IMG/VR virus record: IMGVR_UViG_3300011337_000669
Strand: one strand, 5' to 3'
Source: a virus
Lineage: Duplodnaviria > Caudoviricetes
Length of the DNA: 64,000 nucleotides
Position numbers and translations under genes: made by a program. The notes below the pieces were generated by a model. It had not been told where the DNA came from, made no database searches, and saw only the letters and a program-made list of their open reading frames with translations. This document shows, one piece after another, positions 50,018 through 58,513 of this stretch. Position 1 is the stretch's first letter. Each line of letters starts with the position of its first letter.

Positions 50018-50758
50018 ATGGAAACCAAAATATGTAAAACTAAAATAAAAAACGCAACTGCATGTGGATTAGAAAAACCTAAAGAAGAATTTTATAAAGG
50101 TTCCTCGTTGTGTAAATTATGTCATAAACAACTTTATCAGTTAAATAAAGAATACAAATTAAAACTTTCGAGTAAAAATTATAAAAAAAATAAGGATTAT
50201 TATAAAAAAAAAGGAGAAGAATATAGAGAATTAAATAAAAATTACTTTGTTGAGTATAGAAAAAATAATAAAGAATCAATAAATAAAAAAGTAAGAGAAT
50301 ATTATATAAATAACATCGATAAAGTACAAGAAAAAAATAAGAAGTGGAGAGAGAGTAATCCCGAAAAACATAGAGAATACAATAGAATTTCCGCAAAAAA
50401 AAGTAGAAAATGTGAACCCCAAAAACATAGATGGAGAGGAATTTTGAAAGAGACCTTGAAGAAATTAAACAAAGATAAATCAGAAAAAACAATTTCGTTA
50501 TTAGGTTACTCCCCTGAAGAACTACACTTATATTTGAAAACTATGTCTTTGAATTGGTATGAGTATGAAATTGACCATAGGATACCACTAAGTTGGTTTA
50601 TAGATGAAACCCCTGTTAATTTGGTAAATGATTTCAGAAATCTACAACTTTTAGATAAAAGTACAAATAGTAGTAAGCGAAATTTTTACATGAACAACGT
50701 CGATGAAAAGTACTTTGATGAAATAAAACAATATATTAAAAAAGAATACTTAAAATAA
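50018..50758 (+). CDS. HNH-type homing endonuclease-like protein
   Basis: CxxC zinc motifs, Lys-rich linker, YEIDHRIP...RNLQLL...NSSKRN; related to 22791..23507. Confidence 0.65.
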   Translation: METKICKTKIKNATACGLEKPKEEFYKGSSLCKLCHKQLYQLNKEYKLKLSSKNYKKNKDYYKKKGEEYRELNKNYFVEYRKNNKESINKKVREYYINNIDKVQEKNKKWRESNPEKHREYNRISAKKSRKCEPQKHRWRGILKETLKKLNKDKSEKTISLLGYSPEELHLYLKTMSLNWYEYEIDHRIPLSWFIDETPVNLVNDFRNLQLLDKSTNSSKRNFYMNNVDEKYFDEIKQYIKKEYLK

Positions 50759-50763
50759 TACAA

Positions 50764-51369
50764 ATGCGAGTTTTATTTTTGGATAATGATGGAGTAATTT
50801 GCCTCAGTAGTAATTGGGGTTCCCGCCACAAAAAACAAGATAAGTGGGGTGGGAAAAAATTGTCTATGGATATAACATCAATTCCTGTTGAATGTCGTTT
50901 TGATAATTTCGATAAAAAAGCGGTAAAAGTTCTAAATCAAATATTAGAAACCACAGGTGCTGAAATCGTAGTTAGTTCTGATTGGAGATTACACGGTACC
51001 TTAGAAGAGTTGGGAGAATACTACACATCTCAAGGTATCATCAAAAAACCAATCGGATTCACCGAAGTATTCCATTACACAAATTGGTTAGAAGACGGTC
51101 GTGTCCCATCTGATTTTGAATGGAATAGGACCGATGGCCGAGAACAAGAAAGACATTTCGAAATTAAAGATTATCTAAAATCACATCCCGAAATTACACA
51201 TTGGGTAGCCATTGATGACCTTCACATGGGTATTCATGTCACAAACAGCTCTTATGGCCCATTTGATAGAGATTGGGGGTTAGAACACTTCGTATGGACA
51301 CCGAGAGATTGGGAAGGAATAAAACAAAGTGGTATTAAACAAAAAATAATAAAACATTTATCATGCTAG
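50764..51369 (+). CDS. HAD-domain protein (Swiss Army Knife RNA repair-associated type)
   Basis: VLFLDNDGVI, IVVSSDWR, WVAIDDL. Confidence 0.75.
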   Translation: MRVLFLDNDGVICLSSNWGSRHKKQDKWGGKKLSMDITSIPVECRFDNFDKKAVKVLNQILETTGAEIVVSSDWRLHGTLEELGEYYTSQGIIKKPIGFTEVFHYTNWLEDGRVPSDFEWNRTDGREQERHFEIKDYLKSHPEITHWVAIDDLHMGIHVTNSSYGPFDRDWGLEHFVWTPRDWEGIKQSGIKQKIIKHLSC

Positions 51370-51557
51370 TTAACATTAAAAAAATATTGGAAGAAGAAGG
51401 TGAAGTTCGTAAATTCGGTGGAGTCGCACCCGAAGGTTTTATTTTGGTTCATGAAAAAACTCTTGAATCTTTGAAAGATTTTGAGACATGGAAAATGTGG
51501 AAACATAATCAAATTACCATAAAAGAATTAAATAAAACTAACTTTGATAATAGTTAA
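51363..51557 (+). CDS. Hypothetical protein
   Basis: Operonic 64 aa ORF. Confidence 0.5.
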   Translation: MLVNIKKILEEEGEVRKFGGVAPEGFILVHEKTLESLKDFETWKMWKHNQITIKELNKTNFDNS

Positions 51558-51563
51558 TAATAT

Positions 51564-51887
51564 ATGACAGTTTCACCAAAAAGACACATCGCAAAAACGA
51601 TTTCGTATCGAATAATCAGCAGTGGAATAGGGTTTCTCACCATGTGGTTAGTAACAGGATCCATCGAAATCGGAGCGGCATTCAGTATTATCGAACTAAT
51701 ATGGAAACCAATTCAGTATTATATTCACGAACGTGTTTGGTATAAACACATTAGGTTCGGATTAAAAGAATCTAAACCACCTATTAAGTCCGAAGTTCGT
51801 ATTGTAGAATCAATTTCAACTGGAACCTCAGAAACAGTAACGACCACAGGACCAAAAAGATTAGTTTATACAAAGAAGACCGAATAA
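51564..51887 (+). CDS. DUF2061-domain membrane protein
   Basis: RHIAKTISYRII...YYIHERVW. Confidence 0.75.
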   Translation: MTVSPKRHIAKTISYRIISSGIGFLTMWLVTGSIEIGAAFSIIELIWKPIQYYIHERVWYKHIRFGLKESKPPIKSEVRIVESISTGTSETVTTTGPKRLVYTKKTE

Positions 51888-51922
51888 CTCGGTCTTTTTT
51901 TTTGTCTTGATATTTATTTAGT

Positions 51923-52648
51923 ATGAGTATCGAAAAAAACATTTCAAGAATTTTTGAAGAAATTGATTCATCCAAAAATTTTATAATCGAAGTTCTTTCA
52001 GGCAGTGACAAATTATTTGGAGGAACGAGTGTTAGAATTCCATCTGACGGGTCTCATGCGGGACAATCAGGATGGGCAAGTGGTAACGCGTGGGATATTT
52101 TTGCGCCGGCTGGAACACCAGTGTATTCCATTTCTGACGGTGTAGCGACAACATTTAATGATTATGGTCCGAGAGTTATAGCCACCGCTGACGGTAAAAA
52201 ATTATTTGGGCAAGGATTCACAGTTGAAACTGCAGGTAATATACCAAACCTATTTTATACTCACCTACAAGGTTCAACAATCGGGAAAGGGTCTCAAGTA
52301 AAATGTGGTCAACTTTTAGGTTATATTATGGATTTTCCTGGCGGATCAGACCACGTCCATATTGGAGTTGAGAGTGGTAGTATTAAACAATTTTTGAATG
52401 GAGATGGGACAATTAAATGTGCTTCAGGTCAAGAAATAACAGGAACTGATGTCACACCATTGGTACCTGTAGTATCAACTGGTGGTGAACCATCAGAATT
52501 GACAGGTAACATTCCTACTAGTGGTTCTGAAGAATTTGAATTTTTCACTGGAACTCCGGATGATAATTCTGAAGACTTAGAATTTTTCAAAGGAATAAAA
52601 GAACGAAAAATCTCGGAAAATATAAAAAGAATAAAAAATTTGTTATAA
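51923..52648 (+). CDS. M23-family peptidase (virion-associated type)
   Basis: H...GW.SGNAWDIFAPAGTPVYS, YTHL, DHVHIG. Confidence 0.8.
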   Translation: MSIEKNISRIFEEIDSSKNFIIEVLSGSDKLFGGTSVRIPSDGSHAGQSGWASGNAWDIFAPAGTPVYSISDGVATTFNDYGPRVIATADGKKLFGQGFTVETAGNIPNLFYTHLQGSTIGKGSQVKCGQLLGYIMDFPGGSDHVHIGVESGSIKQFLNGDGTIKCASGQEITGTDVTPLVPVVSTGGEPSELTGNIPTSGSEEFEFFTGTPDDNSEDLEFFKGIKERKISENIKRIKNLL

Positions 52649-52692
52649 AAAAACCCACCATAAGGTGGGTTTTTTTATAGGTTAAGTTGAGA

Positions 52693-52878
52693 TTACTTTA
52701 CTGCCTCACCTTGAGCGGCTTCAACTGCTACTGTGTCTGCAACTTCTACCGCTACTGAGTCAACTGCTACTGAATCAACAGCTACTGAATCAGCGGCTAC
52801 AGTTTCAACTGCCTTACCTCCGCAAGATGCGAGAATCATGGTAGATAGGATTGCGAATACTACTAAACTTTTTTTCAT
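52693..52878 (-). CDS. Small lipoprotein with DSVAV repeats
   Basis: Lipobox ILASC; (A/V)DSVAV x3. Confidence 0.75.
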   Translation of the reverse strand: MKKSLVVFAILSTMILASCGGKAVETVAADSVAVDSVAVDSVAVEVADTVAVEAAQGEAVK

Positions 52879-52978
52879 TTTTTTTTGTGTTTTTGTTTTT
52901 TATTTAATTTACGAACTATAAATATACGAAAGTTTCTTGAGGTCGTCAAATTTTTTGTATTTTTTACAAAACTTTTTT

Positions 52979-53365
52979 TTAAGATAAAATCTGTATAAAG
53001 TAATATGACAGTTTATATCCTGTGAAAGCTCCTAATGTAGATGGTATCGGAAATACAATTAATTTACCCAAATCTGTGACGTATTTTGGTCTATTTACAA
53101 TTTTACCCATAAAGAAATAATAGGTCAAATAACCTATTAAAACTGCAATGTCAGTTTCAGTTGCAATGAAAACAACCAAAGTTGCTGCAATAAATCCAAA
53201 GATAAAATTATCTCGGACTCCCTCCCAAATCTCATAAGAACTTGCGTCCTTATATTCTTTTACAATCTTCTCAAGTTTTATCTTGTTTTTATTTTTTTTT
53301 AATTCAAGATCCTTAGTTGGAAAATCCTGATCCTCTTTGATGTAATCCTTTAGATTGATTTGCAT
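52979..53365 (-). CDS. Hypothetical membrane protein
   Basis: Hydrophobic segments in the C-terminal half. Confidence 0.55.
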   Translation of the reverse strand: MQINLKDYIKEDQDFPTKDLELKKNKNKIKLEKIVKEYKDASSYEIWEGVRDNFIFGFIAATLVVFIATETDIAVLIGYLTYYFFMGKIVNRPKYVTDLGKLIVFPIPSTLGAFTGYKLSYYFIQILS

Positions 53366-53368
53366 TTG

Positions 53369-53923
53369 TTATAATTTGAATGTTGGTAATACTTTATCTT
53401 TGTGTGATACTTTAACATCGATATCTCTTACACCCCAATCAATCTTAAGAGTTGGGTCATTATAAACAATGCCACCTTCGGATTCTTTATTGTAATAGTT
53501 ATCTACTTTGTAATTGAATATTGCTTCGGTTGATAAAACTGAGAATCCATGTCCACATCCTTTCGGTACAAACACCATCTTACCATTCTTATCACTTAAA
53601 TCAACGGTGATGTGTTTACCATATGTGTCCGAATCATGTCTTAAATCTACAATCACATCTCTTACTAATCCATATGAACATCTTACTAGTTTAGATTGTG
53701 CCCATTCTCCTTGTTGAAAATGAATACCTCTAACAACTCCATACTTAGAAAATGATTCGTTATCTTGTACAAATGTAATGTTATGACCTAATGTAAGTCT
53801 TAAAATATCTTCAAACGCATCCTTAACGTATGGTGTTGAAAAGTATCCCCTTTCATCTTTATAGATTTCAGTATTTACAATGAAACAATCTTTGATTTTT
53901 GTTTTTTCTAATTTGTATTCCAT
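53369..53923 (-). CDS. rfbC: dTDP-4-dehydrorhamnose 3,5-epimerase
   Basis: DERGYF, FVQDNESFS..GVVRGIHFQ, VDLR, FVPKGCGHGF, YKVDNYY, YNDPTL.IDW. Confidence 0.9.
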   Translation of the reverse strand: MEYKLEKTKIKDCFIVNTEIYKDERGYFSTPYVKDAFEDILRLTLGHNITFVQDNESFSKYGVVRGIHFQQGEWAQSKLVRCSYGLVRDVIVDLRHDSDTYGKHITVDLSDKNGKMVFVPKGCGHGFSVLSTEAIFNYKVDNYYNKESEGGIVYNDPTLKIDWGVRDIDVKVSHKDKVLPTFKL

Positions 53924-53949
53924 GACTATTTTTAATTTGAATTTCCATG

Positions 53950-54100
53950 CTGTAAGGGATGGATTCGAACCACCACGAGGAGATTCAACAAGTAACATAT
54001 CGCCGGCCGGCTGGTGGTCTACCCCCTCATATTACTTATCTATTTCTTTATCCCCACCCCCGAGACAGGAGGGTTTGTCTGCCAATTTCAACACCTTACA
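53950..54100 (-). ncRNA. Oversized tRNA-like RNA (151 nt), GUC loop, very long extra arm
   Basis: Acceptor UGUAAGG/CCUUACA, D region UGUUGAAAUUGGCAGAC, ACCCUC-CUGUCUC-GGGGGU hairpin, T arm GGUGG-UUCGAAU-CCAUC. Confidence 0.6.
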
Positions 54101-54210
54101 AGATAATAGTAAAGGTAATAAAATATTACCATTATAAAAAATGAAATATGTTTTTTTCAAAAAAAAAACCCTCAGATTTCTGAGGGTTCTTTATCTATTT
54201 TTATTTCATA

Positions 54211-54789
54211 TTAAAAATATGTTTGTTCAAAATAAAGAACTTGAAATTTGTCCGATTTGTCAACTAAATTCGATCCATTAATTAAATCATTAAATTCTAC
54301 AACTGATTCCCTTTGAATATTTCTGAATTGTTCAAGAAAGTCGAAAGTAATCAAATCTTCTGCAAATACATCCTGTGAATTTTTGGTGTATTGTTTCATC
54401 AAATACAACTCAAACTCATATGCTTGATGAACGATATCGATCAGGTTGTCAAATTCAAATTTCTCTTTGTTTCCTTCCACAAAAGGGATGATGTTGAAAT
54501 CTGTCATGTACTTTTGAAGGATTTCCGCATGTTCCAACTCTGTTTTGGAGTCAGCATCAAAAAATGCTGCAGCTTTTTTATAATTTTGGTCATGGCACCA
54601 GTTTGCAGCTGCTCTGTATAATCCATGAGCGTGATATTCGTCTTTGATTCTGTCATTAAGCATTTTAACAACCTTATCACTTAACTTATAAAGTTTCGGT
54701 TCATTATTTTTCGATGGAACGTTTTTTGCTTGTTCTGAAAGCTGCACCATTCTATATAATTGTTCTTTAGTTAGAGTTACTTTTTCCAT
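54211..54789 (-). CDS. Ferritin-like protein
   Basis: LNDRIKDEY.AH.LY...A.WC, E.EHA, YEFE, Q..E ferroxidase-type spacing. Confidence 0.75.
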   Translation of the reverse strand: MEKVTLTKEQLYRMVQLSEQAKNVPSKNNEPKLYKLSDKVVKMLNDRIKDEYHAHGLYRAAANWCHDQNYKKAAAFFDADSKTELEHAEILQKYMTDFNIIPFVEGNKEKFEFDNLIDIVHQAYEFELYLMKQYTKNSQDVFAEDLITFDFLEQFRNIQRESVVEFNDLINGSNLVDKSDKFQVLYFEQTYF

Positions 54790-54885
54790 ATTAATAAATA
54801 TATCAAAATAAAAAAAAATAACATTCTATGTGCGTTGCGCCCTCACTTCCAGTTCCCAATCGAGTTCCTTCGTCATAGAATGTTA

Positions 54886-54973
54886 TGGCAGAGAATATTG
54901 GATTCGAACCAATGCATCCCTTTCGAGATGACAGATTAGCAATCTGCTCCTTTAACCACTCAGGCAATTCTCT
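54886..54973 (-). tRNA. tRNA-Ser(GCT)
   Basis: AGAGAAU/AUUCUCU-G-CCA acceptor, GCAGA-UUGCUAA-UCUGU anticodon arm, long variable arm. Confidence 0.92.
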
Positions 54974-55035
54974 ATTAATTTATTCATGTTCCAAAACTCG
55001 CTTTTTTTTGATGTTTTGGAACATCAATAACTCAG

Positions 55036-55106
55036 ATGTCTTATGAGGATTCGAACCTCAACTAAGTCAGCCAAAGTGACTTGTGCTACCGTTACACCAT
55101 AAGACA
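55036..55106 (-). tRNA. tRNA-Gln(TTG)
   Basis: UGUCUUA/UAAGACA acceptor, AGUCA-CUUUGGC-UGACU anticodon arm. Confidence 0.88.
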
Positions 55107-55111
55107 AAATG

Positions 55112-55192
55112 TGGGATCGGAGGGATTTGAACCCCCAATGTCGAAAGACGGATGATTTACAGTCATCGGAGCAGCCGTTGCTCAACGATCCC
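55112..55192 (-). tRNA. tRNA-Tyr(GTA)
   Basis: GGGAUCG/CGAUCCC-A acceptor, GAUGA-CUGUAAA-UCAUC anticodon arm, variable arm. Confidence 0.9.
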
Positions 55193-55415
55193 AAAGTTAG
55201 GAAAGGAGAAGATGGTTCAGTGGACATCTCCTTTTACGATTGGCGTTACTATAATGATTTCAAACTCCAAATGTACCACCTCCATCATCAGGTTAACATA
55301 CATTCATTCCCCAATCAACCTATAAATGTTCTTCAGCATTCTACTCCCAGCTCCGAGGAATCGTATCTAACTTAGCCCATCTCACTGCTGTATGGGTACT
55401 GAAGTTTACATTTTG

Positions 55416-55486
55416 CACACCCACCAAGACTCGAACTTGGAACAACGGGTTTGGAGACCGTGATGATGCCATTTCACCATAGATGC
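55416..55486 (-). tRNA. tRNA-Trp(CCA)
   Basis: CUCCAAA loop, G73, T arm CCAAG-UUCGAGU-CUUGG; acceptor stem with three G:U pairs. Confidence 0.82.
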
Positions 55487-55903
55487 TTACTTCTTTAACA
55501 ACCAAGACGAAGATTGGATTTTATCTCCGAGTCCATCAATCAACTTAATCCCCCACCAATCACATACCTGTCTCTCAGGGATCGAATTATTGTTTTGGTC
55601 TCCACCATTGGCGAAAATAAGTTCGTTTGCTGGATCCTCTCCAGAATGAATCATACCGAGTGTCTGACACACAGTTCTATCTGTATCAATAGATAGAATT
55701 GCTTTGTCAACCATTTTCAGGTTTTCGATAATGAACATTCTTTCATCTTCGTCTTGGAACTCTTTACTACCTTTTAATTCTCTCTGTTTGTCGTTGTTGA
55801 CAATCACATAGAGTTTATCACCATGTTCTTTGGCTTTATTGAAATATTCAATATGACCTTTATGAACAGGATTAAAATAACCGCTTACAATTACAATTTT
55901 CAT
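55487..55903 (-). CDS. Cytidylyltransferase-like (HxGH) protein
   Basis: SGYFNPVHKGH, FANGGD, SSSWLL. Confidence 0.85.
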   Translation of the reverse strand: MKIVIVSGYFNPVHKGHIEYFNKAKEHGDKLYVIVNNDKQRELKGSKEFQDEDERMFIIENLKMVDKAILSIDTDRTVCQTLGMIHSGEDPANELIFANGGDQNNNSIPERQVCDWWGIKLIDGLGDKIQSSSWLLKK

Positions 55904-56109
55904 CTCATTTCGTAGGTTAAAGTTTCCAATTCTAATTCACTTTCATAGAAATATGGACAAGCCCAAACAGGTTTATCACATTTGAGTTTAACCATTCTTC
56001 CTTTGTTGTATCCAAGAGAAATGACTGTTGCCCATCCTGAATATCTTGTCTTAACTCTGTCACCAACTTTTAATTCACTAAATGTCATCTTCTGCAGTAT
56101 TGAGTTCAA
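55900..56109 (-). CDS. Small hypothetical protein (SH3-like start)
   Basis: LKVGDRVKT motif. Confidence 0.5.
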   Translation of the reverse strand: MNSILQKMTFSELKVGDRVKTRYSGWATVISLGYNKGRMVKLKCDKPVWACPYFYESELELETLTYEMR

Positions 56110-56386
56110 AGTTACTAAATTTTAATCCCCACATCAAAGAAATCATAGACATTTCTTTTTCAGCCATTTTAGCATACATACGAAGTTCTTTCATAAGGTA
56201 TTTTTTACCCCATTTTTTCCATTCTTCGTTTTGTTCCATAGTCATAGTCCAATCAGTATACCAACTATCCTTACGGTCCTTAACATCGTCAAAAGTTACA
56301 GGATGACCTGCAATCTCGAACATCTTGTTTATCATATCGACAACCATTTTTTGTTTTTTCTGATCTTTAGATAATCTCGGTTTCAT
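56078..56386 (-). CDS. Hypothetical protein
   Basis: 102 aa ORF. Confidence 0.6.
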   Translation of the reverse strand: MKPRLSKDQKKQKMVVDMINKMFEIAGHPVTFDDVKDRKDSWYTDWTMTMEQNEEWKKWGKKYLMKELRMYAKMAEKEMSMISLMWGLKFSNFELNTAEDDI

Positions 56387-56425
56387 AATTTTCTTTGTTT
56401 ATTGGTTGATGAGGTACTAATATAG

Positions 56426-56510
56426 AGGTGAGAGTGAGATTCGAACTCACGAGAAACTTTCGTTTATCAGTTTTGCAGACTGTTACCTTCAACCACTCGG
56501 CCATCTCACC
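56426..56510 (-). tRNA. tRNA-Cys(GCA) with long variable arm
   Basis: GGUGAGA/UCUCACC-U73, ACAGU-CUGCAAA-ACUGA anticodon arm, AAAC-GAAA-GUUU extra hairpin. Confidence 0.85.
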
Positions 56511-56542
56511 TTAAGCCACTTGGGTATCTGACCATTGATAAG

Positions 56543-56610
56543 GTGCCAGGACGGGTTTCTAACCCGCTCTTCAGTTAATCACTGCGTGCTGCCATTTACA
56601 CCACCTGACT
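56543..56610 (-). ncRNA. Degenerate tRNA-like element E0
   Basis: 5' AGUCAGGUGGUGUAAAUGG; altered T arm GCGGG-UUAGAAA-CCCGU; imperfect acceptor. Confidence 0.45.
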
Positions 56611-56676
56611 AATTTTTAGATTTCTAAAACTCATCCCTGACGGGGTAAAGAAACTCCATCTTATTTGTTTTTTGCG

Positions 56677-56793
56677 TAGTCAGGACAGGATTCGAACCTG
56701 TAATAGAAAGAGTACGCTATCTCGCTGCGTGACCAGTTACCTATCTATGTCAGTAACGCTAAACTCTGTGTCTACCAATTCCACCACCTGACT
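56677..56793 (-). ncRNA. tRNA-Leu-like scaffold element E1 (117 nt)
   Basis: AGUCAGG-UGGUGGAAUUGGUAGAC ... ACAGG-UUCGAAU-CCUGU-CCUGACU-A; unique structured centre. Confidence 0.7.
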
Positions 56794-56797
56794 ATTA

Positions 56798-56917
56798 TTA
56801 TTTCAGTAATTTTGACCAAATCTTAATTACCATGTCTCTTTGTGGAGATGGTTGTAATTTAGACCACCTATCAATCCACATTTGAATTTCATCTTTACTA
56901 ATAACTTTTTTACTCAT
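56798..56917 (-). CDS. 39 aa peptide between E2 and E1 (not in ORF track)
   Basis: MSKKVISKDEIQMWIDRWSKLQPSPQRDMVIKIWSKLLK; stop 4 nt before E1. Confidence 0.55.
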   Translation of the reverse strand: MSKKVISKDEIQMWIDRWSKLQPSPQRDMVIKIWSKLLK

Positions 56918-56933
56918 AACTTTTGATTTTAAG

Positions 56934-57039
56934 TAGTCAGGACAGGACTCGAACCCGTATTAATTTACATATTGAATGGGTGTCAACTTAATGTCTTCCA
57001 ATCAATCATCAATCTACCATTAGCTTTCGCCACCTGACT
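56934..57039 (-). ncRNA. tRNA-like scaffold element E2 (106 nt)
   Basis: Same acceptor and T arm, different centre. Confidence 0.65.
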
Positions 57040-57105
57040 AATTTTTAGATTTCTAAAACTCATCCCTAACGGGGTAAAGAAACTCCATCTTATTTGTTTT
57101 TTGCG

Positions 57106-57215
57106 TAGTCAGGACAGGACTCGAACCTGTATTATCACGATGCGTAGAATTAAGGGAGCTTATTCCTTAATTGTGATATTACCTACATAGCGTACACCAA
57201 TTTCGCCACCTGACT
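57106..57215 (-). ncRNA. tRNA-like scaffold element E3 (110 nt)
   Basis: Same ends; centre with AAUUAAGG/CCUUAAUU hairpin. Confidence 0.7.
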
Positions 57216-57327
57216 TAAAAAACACTTTAGTCGCGGGGAACCCATCTTCCGCTTCTTACTAGATTCTTGTAGCTTACTTACTTAAGTTCATACCGTTACT
57301 ACTAGGGAACCCAACATTGTGTTTTTG

Positions 57328-57386
57328 TGGAGTGGAGGGAGTCGAACCCTCTGCCTGTACCTGTACGGCTTTAAACAAACCACTCC
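57328..57386 (-). ncRNA. Minimal tRNA-like structure (59 nt)
   Basis: GGAGUG/CACUCC-A stem, T arm GAGGG-UUCGACU-CCCUC, one internal hairpin, no D arm. Confidence 0.5.
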
Positions 57387-57835
57387 TAAGCCTGCAGAGC
57401 TGTTACAACTATCGCATTAATCTCATATGCTATTTCCATAGGTTAGAAAATGTGAGTCTCAAACCAACATTATATAGTTGCCTATTCTTTTTCAAACTTA
57501 GTTTTAGTTGCTTTCCATGCGCAAGGCTCATAACTAATTTCCAGTATCGCCACGTGGAGGCGTTTGAATGATACCGCTGGGCTTCGTTATTCTCCTTTCG
57601 GATATTGTTTCATACCTTACTCCGGCCTTATCTCGAGTTGACCGTTTGTGGCTTCTTATACAATTTATTTTAATTCAGCATCCCCTACTGCCCGTTTGGA
57701 TGCGTTTATGAATTTATTAGTCTATTCCTAATAGGCAACTCTGGAATCACCAGAATATCTGTCCGGTCTGTTCACATTATCGTAACCGCCTGTTACGTTA
57801 AGAACCGAAGCATGTGGCCGGCAATCATTACATTG

Positions 57836-57975
57836 TAGTCAGGACAGGATTCGAACCTGTAAGAGAGTTACTATCCTTCACTCTCCCGTTTAGTTATTAT
57901 CAGACTTTTAATGAGGTCGTATCTCGTGTTGAACTGTTTTACCTAAATAGCGTCTCTCCATTGCGCGACCTGACT
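57836..57975 (-). ncRNA. tRNA-like scaffold element E4 (140 nt)
   Basis: Same acceptor and T arm, unique centre. Confidence 0.65.
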
Positions 57976-57980
57976 GTATT

Positions 57981-58118
57981 TTAGATATAAATTTGAATTA
58001 TTAAGAAAGGAATTTCCAATGAAATATATCTACGATTTGGTATACTAGAAGTCCCCCATGCTATCATCAATCCTATTTGATTGGAAGTCATTAGTCTTCC
58101 CCATTTATATTCTTTCAT
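57981..58118 (-). CDS. 45 aa peptide, copy A (not in ORF track)
   Basis: MKEYKWGRLMTSNQIGLMIAWGTSSIPNRRYISLEIPFLIIQIYI; duplicate at 58888-59025 differs only at synonymous sites. Confidence 0.7.
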   Translation of the reverse strand: MKEYKWGRLMTSNQIGLMIAWGTSSIPNRRYISLEIPFLIIQIYI

Positions 58119-58134
58119 ATATTTTTTATTTAAG

Positions 58135-58212
58135 TAGTCAGGACAGGATTCGAACCTGTGATAGACGCTCCTTAGAGTCCGCTATCTTGGCAGCCAATTC
58201 CGCCACCTGACT
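58135..58212 (-). ncRNA. tRNA-like scaffold element E5 (78 nt)
   Basis: Same ends; centre is one GAUAG/CUAUC-closed hairpin without a canonical anticodon arm. Confidence 0.65.
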
Positions 58213-58241
58213 TTATTCTATTTATTAAGTTATCGTTTTGC

Positions 58242-58469
58242 TTATTTATGAGTTATGCGATAATTGCCTTTAAACTTTGAGTATAAGATTTCGTTGTAAT
58301 GTCTATTACATTCGTACTGATATACAAATTCACCATTGTTTTTACACCACATAACGAAATCTATTGCTTCTTTTTGTAGCAACATATCACTAACATTAGA
58401 TAACCACAATTGCTTGTTGTATTCATCTATTGTGGTTTGTGCTTTTTTATAATCCTCTTCTGTTATCAT
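58242..58469 (-). CDS. Hypothetical protein between E6 and E5
   Basis: 75 aa ORF. Confidence 0.55.
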   Translation of the reverse strand: MITEEDYKKAQTTIDEYNKQLWLSNVSDMLLQKEAIDFVMWCKNNGEFVYQYECNRHYNEILYSKFKGNYRITHK

Positions 58470-58513
58470 AATTTTTTTATTAAATTATCAATTGTGTTTA
58501 TCTGTAACTGTTG

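Noticed and set aside
55324-55413. HDV-like (theta) ribozyme after tRNA-Trp
   Set aside because: Contains UUCCUCG, but I could not build P1/P2 or find the catalytic C in a J4/2 context, and it does not start with G at the tRNA end.
56611-56676. 11 aa ORF MEFLYPVRDEF in the duplicated 65-bp spacer
   Set aside because: One synonymous-looking difference between copies is too little evidence; it may equally be a small hairpin.
57390-57830. RNase P RNA or group I intron
   Set aside because: GAGGAAAGUCC/CR-V and group I P7 consensus sequences were not found on either strand by eye.
58135-58212. Amber suppressor tRNA (CUA) in E5
   Set aside because: CUCUAAG is present but the flanking bases do not form a 5-bp anticodon stem.
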